Below, piece by piece: positions 10,383-19,553 of a stretch of 64,000 nucleotides of DNA. The notes beneath the pieces were generated by a model that was given only the letters and a program-made list of their open reading frames with translations, was not told where the DNA came from and did no database searches. The stretch's first letter is position 1. Every line of letters starts with the position of its first letter. A program made the translations under genes and the position numbers. The stretch is from Naegleria gruberi (taxonomy: Eukaryota): assembly GCA_000004985.1 (NCBI GenBank), contig GG738855.1. One strand, 5' to 3'.

Positions 10383-13300
10383 ATGCTTCAGCACATGGTA
10401 AAATATTTAATTTTTCTTTCACTACTATTCATCAGTGTTGAGTATGTAATGAGTTTCAACTCCTATCAAAAGGAAACCCTTGTGAAGAATACTGACACTA
10501 CTCTTGAGGTACCTGCTGATATTGCTAAAATTGAACCCTCTAGTTTGTGTGTGATGGACAATGGTGATATTATATTTGTTGAAAAGACAATATTAAAAAG
10601 GTTCAAATCCAGCAGCAAAACTGTGGAATTGTTTCTCGGTAAGGGAAGTAGAACTGATGATGGTGTTGATTCTAAAAGTGTTGATTCAACGAGTGCTTCA
10701 ATGAATAATGTTGTGAGTGTTTTTAAATCACCTGCAACTGGTGATTGTGTCTACATGGATCAAAAACGTGTGAGGATGATATCAAAAACCACAAATTTGG
10801 TAACTACAATTGCTGGTTCACTCACAAGCACCAATACGTCAGACGGTCAGTTTGCCACTAGTGCTAAATTCTTTCCCAAAGCCTTTACTATTGATGAGTA
10901 TGGAAATTTGTATGTGGTAGATTTTAATGTTAGAATTAGGAAAGTTTCTAACACTACCAAAATGGTTTCAGCTTTTTCTGGAGCCACTGGAACAAGTGCT
11001 TCAACACTCCCAATAGATGGCTCACCTGCAAATACTAATCTAGGAAGCATTAGCAGCCTACTTGCAAAAAATGATATTGTTTACTTTACTGTGAGTAATG
11101 CCATTCTTAAAGTTGTTAATGGTGCCTATTATACAGTTGCTGGAAGTTGGATAGCATGTACACCTAATGCTACATTTGAGGGCGATGCTAAATCTGCTTG
11201 TTTTGACCAGCCAAAACTAGTAACAATTTCAGATGGTGAAATTCTCCTCACTGATAACTCTCTTACCATTAGGAAGATTGACAGGAATGGAGTTATTAAA
11301 ATAGTTGCTGGAACAGGAAGTGATATAATTGACATTTCTAGACAAGATCAAATGTTTCAAAATGTGACGTTTTTATTGGCGGGAATTTCAGTCGAAAAGA
11401 AAAATAATGAACTTGAATATTATCTCTCAATTGGAGGTGCCATCTTTAAAGCATTTGAAAAGTCAACCATTTCTGCCATTGTTAAAAAGAGTCTCAATTT
11501 ATCATACTCTTCTTATGATTATGGATTACAGTTTAAATCAGCCAAAAAGATTGCACAAGTATTTAGAAATGGTGATATTTTGATTATTGATCCTGATAAT
11601 CAAACTCTTTACAGATTTTCCAGACAGACAGGTATATTATCCCTTTTCACAAAACTGGACATTACAGTGACTATGTTATTTGTGGAAGATCTCAACTATT
11701 CATTCCTTTACATGGCCAGCACTATTACAAGTTGGAAAATTTACAAGTTTTACCTCAAAACAAAAAGTTTAGAACTTATTGCAGGAAATGACACTGGAAT
11801 ATTTTATAAATTTGATGGTCAAAAAGCTCTTGAAACCAGAATATATGGCATTGATGACATTAAAATTCATAATCATTTACTTTATTACAGAGATATGAGT
11901 TTGAATAGAATTATGGAATTGAATCCAAATACTGGTGAATTGAGAAGTTATTTTGGTAATGGTGAAGCTCAAGGAAAAGCTGTCGGTGGTATTAATGGAC
12001 ATTTACTTGGTTCTGAATTTATTAGAGAGAGTGCAAGTCCTGGAATAATGACTTTTGATTTGAATGGTGTTCTATATATCAGAAATACCAATATTGTGGT
12101 CTATATTGATAAGGATAAAAAATTAAGAAGATTTATAGGAAAGAATGGAGTGAGTGGACTAAACCTTTATTACCCTGTTCCAATTGAAGATGTTTTGATA
12201 GGTGGATCATCAACCATAAGGTTTCATCCAACTAGTGGAAATTGCTACCTTAATATTTACAACAGCACTTTTTCCAGCATATACCAAGTTTCAAACGGAA
12301 TGCTAACTGAAGAAATTAGAGTACCTGTCTCAACTTCTGTTGATTTTGCACTCACATCGAATGGAAGTATTTACTACTTACATGATGGTCTCAAAGTAAG
12401 ACACAAGGGAGCAGGAACCTCAGAAGTATTAATTAGTTTGGGTACCTATAATAGAATATGTCTTTCTGGTAATGATACATTAATTTTAAGTACAGTCAAT
12501 TCTCTTATATACAAGTATAATATCAATACTCGTGTACAAACATCACTTTCACTGTACACTTGGAAATATATCAGAACAATTCATTGTTCTATGAATAGTT
12601 CTGATGTTTATGTGAGTGATTTCCCAGTGACCAATCCAGTCACTTATTCCATTACAAAAATTACAAATTCATACACCTCAGTGGTTTCAGTGATTAAATC
12701 ACCATATCTTCCGTATGATATTGATTCGGTAGCATCAAGTCCAAGTGGAGAGCTGTATCTGCTTGCTACCAATGCAGTTCTTTATCAATTAGATTCCAAT
12801 ACAACATTGGAACCCATTGGTGGTTTAAAGATTAACACAACTTACTCGCTTCAACCAATGAGTAGATATGCTTTATGGTCGATTGCTCCAAATGGAGATG
12901 TCTATTTCAGAGAATATGAAGATGATAATCCTTTGAGAATAGCTTCTCCAAGTGCAAATATTGCTACAATCATTCCAGGAAATGGAACGCTTTACAATCC
13001 AACAACTTTGAATGGTTATAACAATGTTTTTGGAGAAGAATTTACCAAAGATGGATATCTTTTCATCATGTCCATGTTTAATGGTGAAAAAATACCTGAT
13101 GGAAAAACATTAACCTATTCTCCATTTACAGGTCTATATTTCTATTCTGATTTTGACTATAAATTTGGCCAGACAACCAAAACAAGAGATGGAGATTATC
13201 TATATTTAACCACATCATATGGAATTGAAAGATTATCTGTAGATTGTGTGAGAGATAGATATGGATTTTGCTACCAAGAAGATCCATTTTGTTTTGGAAT

Positions 13301-16300
13301 TCATTACAATAACGTTTCAGCTTGTGGTGGTCAAGGAGTTTGTTTCGATTACAATTCATGTGAATGTGAAGAGGGATATTTTGGACAAGATTGTTCACTC
13401 AGATTATGTTTTGGAACACTGAGTAATGAATCAGAATTGGTTTGTAGTGGAAATGGTAAATGTAATGATACTGACACATGTCAATGCAATGATGGCTATT
13501 TCTCTACTCAATGTGAAATTACTACTTGTTTTGGAATACTATCAAATGATACAAGTGTTTGCTCATCACATGGAAATTGTTCGTCTTGGAATAATTGTTC
13601 CTGTTTAGAAGGCTATTATGGAATTTATTGTAATGAAAGCAAGAGTTTCGGTAATGAAAATAATACCATTTCTAATAACACTTTTCAATCAAACGAAACC
13701 CATATTGAGAATACTACGATATCCTCAAATAGTACACTCAACTCTACCATTTCAAATTCAACTTTTGAAATAACCAATAGCTCACAAATTGAAAACTCAA
13801 CGTTACAATCAAATAATTCAAATTCAAATAACGTTTCTGTTATTAATAATACAACTGAACAAGGTACAAACAATAGTTTAATTTCGAATGAAACTCTTAA
13901 TAATAGCACAGATATAAGCAATCATTCAATGGTCAATGATACTCTAGTTTCTAATAGTACATACCATGGAACTAACTTTACACAAATGAATAATGATTCG
14001 ACTGTGAGAAATGACACAAATATCAACCTTCATTCAAATAGCACAAATAACTCAAGTATTTCAAATAATACAGTTTCTAATTCCAATACTACTGAAGGAC
14101 GAAACTATACTCAATTTAATGATACAATGAGAAATGAAACCATCTCTTCAAATATAACTACTAAAGAGACACTAAATGAAACAAGATTCGACAATATGGT
14201 GAATAATTCTATAGTGAACAGCACATTGAATTCTAATAACTCTCAAATATTGAATGATTCAACAGTTTCTAATAACACATCGATGTTCGAATGTTTTGGT
14301 AAAATGTTCAATAATTCTTTGGTGTGTAATGGGCATGGTTCTTGCATTTCACAGAATTTATGCAAATGTCATGATTTATATTTTGGTGTGGAGTGTCAAA
14401 ATAAGTCTATTGATCCAATTACCTGTTATGGAATTAACCAGTCCAATGACAGTGTGTGCAATAATGGTGGCGTTTGTATATCGAATGACACTTGTCAATG
14501 CAAGACTGGTTATTATGGTACGAAATGTTCTGTATTTCTTTTAGCACAACCTAATTTTAATAATTATGGTAATACTCTTGAATTTCATTTCAAAACTTCA
14601 ATTACTATGAGTGATCATGTTGTGGATTGTAAGAAAATCATAGTTACAGTTGATAATACCATTTTTGGAGAGAATCCAACATGTTATTGGAAGAACTCAA
14701 ATTTCTTTATTGAACTCGGAGGTCAACACTCCATTAGACAAAATATTACAATTAATGTGAATGGTTTGGATGATTCTGAAAGTAGAACTCTTTATTTATC
14801 ATTGACTGTGATTCCATCTCTCAATCCTGTGAAACCTGTTGCTGTATTGTCATACAAGAAATTGATTAGTAGTTGTGAGATGATTGAAATTGATGCTTCT
14901 CAATCCTATTGTGGTGATTTGAAACCATTAAAATATATTTGGTCAATTGAATCATCTGATGATCCTAAATTGAGCTTTCAAAATATAATTTACACTAATG
15001 AGTTCAATTCTTCCATTCGTGTAGATAATGGATCATCTGGTGTTTATATCTTTGGATTGATTATTCAAAGTTCATTGAGTGGTGTATCAAGTGAAAAGGA
15101 ATTTATCACTATCACCAAGTCAACTGTTCCAAGTCCAACAATTTCAATAATTAACAGCAAATTATCGAATGTAGAATTGAATAGTGTACCAATTATTATC
15201 AAAAAGACCATTGAATTTCCATCTTGCTATTTTGGTAATAAGGAATTCACCTATGTTTGGACCAAAATCAGTGGATCTTCATTGAATTATGAAATTGACT
15301 CTAATAATGATCTTGTAATTAAAGAATTCCAAGATGGTGCGGATCAGATTTATTCATTCCAACTTCAAGCTCAATTCGACTCTCATTCAAATAGCTCAAC
15401 TTCAAGTGTCACAATATCAACAAAATCCAAAGAGCTTGAGTTGAATATTTTCACATCAAGCTTGTCAACTTCAGAGGCAACGTTACAAGTTGAATATTCA
15501 GATCCAGATAACTTACAATCAACAGAAGAATGGACATGGAAATGCCTTGATTCAAAGCAGGCTTGTCAAGATGCTTCAATTACTTCCTCTTTGGCTTTAT
15601 GTTCCAAGAAAAAATCTGAAACTTGTACCATTCAAAAGTCAACACTTTCAAAATTCGATATTTCCTTATTGATTCAAAAAGGATCAAGATTTATTGAAAA
15701 AAGTATTGAGGTAACTTTCCCATCTAGTGTGTCAAATATTCCTCCAGCGATTAGTTTAGTATCAGTTTATCCAAAGAGGTTTAAGGTTACTAAAGATGAA
15801 ATTTTGAGTTTACAACTTTCTGTAATTTTAAATGGTGATGAAAAGATAACTCTCGAAGAAAATATATCAAGAGAATGGACAATGAACGATAAATCCATTG
15901 ATGCATCCATGACAACCTTGATGAAATCTGACATTTCAAAAACTTCTTCTCTAATTTTATCACTTTCTGAACTGCTTGAGGATACTGAGTATACACTCAC
16001 ACTCAAAGCAACGGATATTATCAATGGACTAGCTTCTTTATATTCCTATTCTTTCAAAGTTGTAAAATCTCCAAAATCTTGCAAATGTTCAATAAGTCCA
16101 TCATCAGGTTACGCTTTGGAAACTTCCTTCTCATTTTCATGTCCTAATTGTCAGAATGCAGAAGGCACAATTGATTTTGTCTTTGGATTTATTGACGACA
16201 AGTCAGGTGTCAAGATTCCACTTTACAACTTGGGAGAGAAATTTGCAACTTATTTCCCATCTCCATATACAGGTGAAACTTTATCAACATTTGTTTCAAT

Positions 16301-17798
16301 TGTTGACACTGACACTGGTGCATCTGTTGAAATTAAAAAGGAAGTTTTAATTTTAACACCTGTAGCAAAGAGTGTCACAGAAACAAAAAAGAAAGTGACA
16401 TTATGGCAGAAATATGCCTCATCTGCAAGTGACAGTGCCAAATTGGTGTTCAATTCTGCAACAATCTCCAGAACTGCAGAGTTGATGTTAGCAAAATTAA
16501 ATTCGAAACGATCTGCACCATGTTCTAATCATGGAGAATACAATTCAGAAAGTGGAAAATGTGAATGTGATGAAGGGTATACTTCTTTGAATTGCTTGCT
16601 TACAGTTGAAGATTACAATGCTATATATTCATTGAGAGAAGAAATGATTGACAGAATGATTGTTGGTATTAATGAAAGAAATCCTCTCGAGCTATTGTGG
16701 GATGTACATTTAAAGATTTTCATCTTTGGATTGGAATCAATTGCTGCAAGTTCAGAAAGTATTTCTTCATTACCATTTGAGAAAATGTTTAATTTGACAG
16801 AAAAGTTAATTTTCATGGCAAATCAAAACACAAAATTAAGAACTTCTTATGGAGTGGATTATTTAATTAATAGTCTTTTGAATCATTTTATGAGATTATT
16901 AAGAAGAATAGAAAATAGTTACAGAACCAGATTGATTAATTTGTTAAAAATGACAAATAAGATTTTTATGAGAAATTATTTTGTTGGACAAGTTGATTAT
17001 TCAGTTAATTTATCAGAATTCTCGAGTGTTGCATCTCTGAATTACAGAAATCAACATTCAAACAAGATTATATCTCTGAGAAATAACACGTATTCTATTC
17101 GATTTGATGAAATAATGGGTGATGTTTCTAATAGAATAGTTTTATCTACATCAATGTTTTCTATTAGTGATTGTTTTGGAATTTCAAGTTTACTTTCTAA
17201 ACAATTTATCAAACAAGTAATTTATTCATTGAAAAATAGAGAAGAATCGTTTTCTAAACAGCTCAATTTAATGACCAATGTGATTGTAATGGATAAGAAG
17301 TATGAATCCAATCATCAATTCATTTTCAATATGCAGAATTACAATTTTACAAATTTAAATTTGGAAAAAGTCTCTCATCAAGTAGAATCGTTTGAAAATA
17401 GGGAAATTCAAACAAGGAACACTGTGAATACCACTTTAGAATGTACACCTCTTGAGAGCCTATTTGACATGTCAGTTTCCAACTGCTCAACCAGAATCTC
17501 ATATCCAAATGTCATTTGTGTTTGTCCCAACTCAGTTTCCTCAATTGTTATTCTTGAAAAGATACTCACAAACACCTTGATTCTAAATAGCGAAGATATT
17601 ATGAATCCAATACTGCCAATTTCAAACCAATATCATTTATATGGCCTATTTGGACTATTCGGACTATTGGTTGTAATATTATTGAGCTGTTTGAGTATAT
17701 GTCTTATTATAATTGTTTGCAAATTAAGGAAAAAGAAAACTAAAAAGAATGATAGTTGTTCAGCATCAGAGAAACAAATTGAATTGATAACAGTTTAA
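10383..17798 (+). CDS. Giant secreted type-I membrane adhesion-type protein, 2471 aa: signal peptide, NHL/beta-propeller-like repeats, tenascin-type EGF modules, N-glycosylation sequon array, REJ/PKD-like region, GPS-like motif, single C-terminal TM; intronless
   Basis: Hydrophobic N-terminus MVKYLIFLSLLFISV. Repeated ...YVVDFNVRIRKV / ...LLTDNSLTIRKIDRNG motifs. EGF modules CSGNGKCNDTDTCQCNDGYFSTQCE at about 13260-13620, 14290-14530 and 16500-16610. About 45 N-x-S/T sequons in about 215 aa (13640-14290). CVCPNSVSSIVILE just before the TM helix LFGLFGLLVVILLSCLSICLIIIV, then KLRKKK. Confidence 0.85.
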   Translation: MLQHMVKYLIFLSLLFISVEYVMSFNSYQKETLVKNTDTTLEVPADIAKIEPSSLCVMDNGDIIFVEKTILKRFKSSSKTVELFLGKGSRTDDGVDSKSVDSTSASMNNVVSVFKSPATGDCVYMDQKRVRMISKTTNLVTTIAGSLTSTNTSDGQFATSAKFFPKAFTIDEYGNLYVVDFNVRIRKVSNTTKMVSAFSGATGTSASTLPIDGSPANTNLGSISSLLAKNDIVYFTVSNAILKVVNGAYYTVAGSWIACTPNATFEGDAKSACFDQPKLVTISDGEILLTDNSLTIRKIDRNGVIKIVAGTGSDIIDISRQDQMFQNVTFLLAGISVEKKNNELEYYLSIGGAIFKAFEKSTISAIVKKSLNLSYSSYDYGLQFKSAKKIAQVFRNGDILIIDPDNQTLYRFSRQTGILSLFTKLDITVTMLFVEDLNYSFLYMASTITSWKIYKFYLKTKSLELIAGNDTGIFYKFDGQKALETRIYGIDDIKIHNHLLYYRDMSLNRIMELNPNTGELRSYFGNGEAQGKAVGGINGHLLGSEFIRESASPGIMTFDLNGVLYIRNTNIVVYIDKDKKLRRFIGKNGVSGLNLYYPVPIEDVLIGGSSTIRFHPTSGNCYLNIYNSTFSSIYQVSNGMLTEEIRVPVSTSVDFALTSNGSIYYLHDGLKVRHKGAGTSEVLISLGTYNRICLSGNDTLILSTVNSLIYKYNINTRVQTSLSLYTWKYIRTIHCSMNSSDVYVSDFPVTNPVTYSITKITNSYTSVVSVIKSPYLPYDIDSVASSPSGELYLLATNAVLYQLDSNTTLEPIGGLKINTTYSLQPMSRYALWSIAPNGDVYFREYEDDNPLRIASPSANIATIIPGNGTLYNPTTLNGYNNVFGEEFTKDGYLFIMSMFNGEKIPDGKTLTYSPFTGLYFYSDFDYKFGQTTKTRDGDYLYLTTSYGIERLSVDCVRDRYGFCYQEDPFCFGIHYNNVSACGGQGVCFDYNSCECEEGYFGQDCSLRLCFGTLSNESELVCSGNGKCNDTDTCQCNDGYFSTQCEITTCFGILSNDTSVCSSHGNCSSWNNCSCLEGYYGIYCNESKSFGNENNTISNNTFQSNETHIENTTISSNSTLNSTISNSTFEITNSSQIENSTLQSNNSNSNNVSVINNTTEQGTNNSLISNETLNNSTDISNHSMVNDTLVSNSTYHGTNFTQMNNDSTVRNDTNINLHSNSTNNSSISNNTVSNSNTTEGRNYTQFNDTMRNETISSNITTKETLNETRFDNMVNNSIVNSTLNSNNSQILNDSTVSNNTSMFECFGKMFNNSLVCNGHGSCISQNLCKCHDLYFGVECQNKSIDPITCYGINQSNDSVCNNGGVCISNDTCQCKTGYYGTKCSVFLLAQPNFNNYGNTLEFHFKTSITMSDHVVDCKKIIVTVDNTIFGENPTCYWKNSNFFIELGGQHSIRQNITINVNGLDDSESRTLYLSLTVIPSLNPVKPVAVLSYKKLISSCEMIEIDASQSYCGDLKPLKYIWSIESSDDPKLSFQNIIYTNEFNSSIRVDNGSSGVYIFGLIIQSSLSGVSSEKEFITITKSTVPSPTISIINSKLSNVELNSVPIIIKKTIEFPSCYFGNKEFTYVWTKISGSSLNYEIDSNNDLVIKEFQDGADQIYSFQLQAQFDSHSNSSTSSVTISTKSKELELNIFTSSLSTSEATLQVEYSDPDNLQSTEEWTWKCLDSKQACQDASITSSLALCSKKKSETCTIQKSTLSKFDISLLIQKGSRFIEKSIEVTFPSSVSNIPPAISLVSVYPKRFKVTKDEILSLQLSVILNGDEKITLEENISREWTMNDKSIDASMTTLMKSDISKTSSLILSLSELLEDTEYTLTLKATDIINGLASLYSYSFKVVKSPKSCKCSISPSSGYALETSFSFSCPNCQNAEGTIDFVFGFIDDKSGVKIPLYNLGEKFATYFPSPYTGETLSTFVSIVDTDTGASVEIKKEVLILTPVAKSVTETKKKVTLWQKYASSASDSAKLVFNSATISRTAELMLAKLNSKRSAPCSNHGEYNSESGKCECDEGYTSLNCLLTVEDYNAIYSLREEMIDRMIVGINERNPLELLWDVHLKIFIFGLESIAASSESISSLPFEKMFNLTEKLIFMANQNTKLRTSYGVDYLINSLLNHFMRLLRRIENSYRTRLINLLKMTNKIFMRNYFVGQVDYSVNLSEFSSVASLNYRNQHSNKIISLRNNTYSIRFDEIMGDVSNRIVLSTSMFSISDCFGISSLLSKQFIKQVIYSLKNREESFSKQLNLMTNVIVMDKKYESNHQFIFNMQNYNFTNLNLEKVSHQVESFENREIQTRNTVNTTLECTPLESLFDMSVSNCSTRISYPNVICVCPNSVSSIVILEKILTNTLILNSEDIMNPILPISNQYHLYGLFGLFGLLVVILLSCLSICLIIIVCKLRKKKTKKNDSCSASEKQIELITV
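13640..14290 (+). repeat. Coding low-complexity array of N-x-S/T glycosylation sequons (mucin-like stalk) inside the adhesion protein gene
   Basis: Translated: NNTISNNTFQSNETHIENTTISSNSTLNSTISNSTFEITNSSQIENSTLQSNNSNSNNVSVINNTTEQGTNNSLISNETLNNSTD... The repetition is at the peptide level; there is no exact DNA tandem unit. Confidence 0.7.
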
Positions 17799-18059
17799 TT
17801 TGTTTAAAGAAAATCCAATAGATGGGAATATTACAGGTTAGTTAACATCATTGAATTCGGACCTATAATTTTCAAAGATTAGTTTCCAATTACAAATGGA
17901 CAATTCATGAGTAAATACTATGATATTTTAAATCTTAGCTTGGTCAAAGGAAAATCAACAAACAAATTCTTTATAAAAAAATTATTTAAAAAACAATTTT
18001 ACTAAAATCTAAATTCTAAATTTAGATGAAGAAATTTGGTAAAAATTCTTTAAAAAAAA

Positions 18060-19240
18060 ATGTCGACCGAACAAGAAAACAAACAAGCCATCACCAACAC
18101 TCAACCTATCACTTCTACTACCACCACCAGTGAACAACAAATGAATGATCATGTTATGGATTCCGATTCTGATGGAGAAGAACAAACATCATCAACTGAA
18201 GTACAAAAATTCGATCCAATTCCAAGAGAAAAATTAGAAATTGATTTGGAGAGTCCTCACCTGGATTTAGCTCATCATCCTCATGAATCCATCGGAGCTG
18301 GTTATCCATTAAGTATAAATTTACAATTTTTAGATTTGACAAATTGTAGATTGAAAAAGATTGAAAATTTGGATCATTTAGTTAATTTGCAATCTCTCTT
18401 GTTGAGACAAAATTTGATTGAAAAAGTTGAAGGATTGAAAGGATTAAAATCTCTTGTTCATCTCGATTTGTATGGTAATCAAATTAAGAGAGTTGATGTT
18501 AATGAATTGAATCATTTACAAAATTTAGAGTAAGTTGTTTCAAATGAATGCAACCTATTTAAAGTATTTAAAGAATTTTGGATTTGTCTTTTAACAAGTT
18601 ACGTCACATGGTTAAAGGTTTGAAAATGCCACACCTCCGAGAACTCTACTATGTAAATAATAAGATTAAAGAAATTGAAGAAGAAGCTACAAAGGGAGAA
18701 ACTGATTTACCTGCATTGGAATTATTGGAACTTGGTGCAAATAGATTGAGAGAAATTAAAAATTTAGAAAATTTAACAACTCTCAAACAATTATGGTTGG
18801 GAAAGAATAAGATTACTGAAATTAAGGGATTGAATACACTCAAACAATTGATTAGATTAAGTCTTCAAAGCAATAGAATCAAAAAACTTGAAAATATCAA
18901 TCATTTAACACAATTAACTGAACTCTATATCAGTGAAAATGGTATTGAAACAATAGAAGGACTAGACACATTAACTGAGTTAGTATTGTTGGATTTGGCT
19001 CAAAATTTCATCAAACAAATAAGTGGTCTTGACAATTTGATTCAATTGGAAGAGCTCTGGATCAATGACAATCAACTTGAAACATTCAAGGAAGTTGAAA
19101 AGCTTGTTAATTTACCACAATTAACAAGTGTCTATTTCAGAAGTAATTTATTTTTCAATGATCCACAGTACAAACGTAAGATTATTCTCATACTGCCTAA
19201 CGTTACATCCATTGATGGTTTCCCTGTTATTAAAAAGTAA
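18060..19240 (+). CDS. SDS22: Protein phosphatase 1 regulatory subunit SDS22 (leucine-rich repeat). Two exons: 18060..18529 and 18574..19240; intron 18530..18573
   Basis: Runs of 22-residue LRRs (LxxLxxLxxLxLxxNxIxxIxx), e.g. LQSLLLRQNLIEKVEGL, LKQLWLGKNKITEIKGL, and a C-terminal LRR cap. Donor GTAAGT after ...NLQNLE; the acceptor AAAG|A joins in frame to ILDLSFNKLRHM. Confidence 0.85.
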
Positions 19241-19553
19241 ATTAGATTCTTTAAAATCAAAGTATCTTGCCAAGTGTTACAGGATCAACAATTAATTCCT
19301 TCACCTTCCAAGACAAAAAATTAGTACCTACCAGAGTGACTGATAAAGTTGTTGTTTCCATTGAGCTAAGGGGTGACTGCGCCTATAATTACGGAGTTTG
19401 AGGACATCCAATGGAGCTCAAAAAAAATAAAAGGAATTTGTTGTGGAAACCTTCTAAAAATCAATTCCAATCTCATGTACAAAACGGTAACACTCTTTCG
19501 TCTATTATCTGGGAGCGAAACGCAATGTTGAACAGACGAAAATCAAGAAAAAA

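Noticed and set aside
19290-19550. Possible snRNA (U6/U2/U4) in the GC-richer spacer upstream of the repeat-protein gene
   Set aside because: No match to invariant snRNA elements such as ACAGAGA or the U2 branch-recognition sequence, and no convincing terminal stem. More likely a 5' UTR or promoter.
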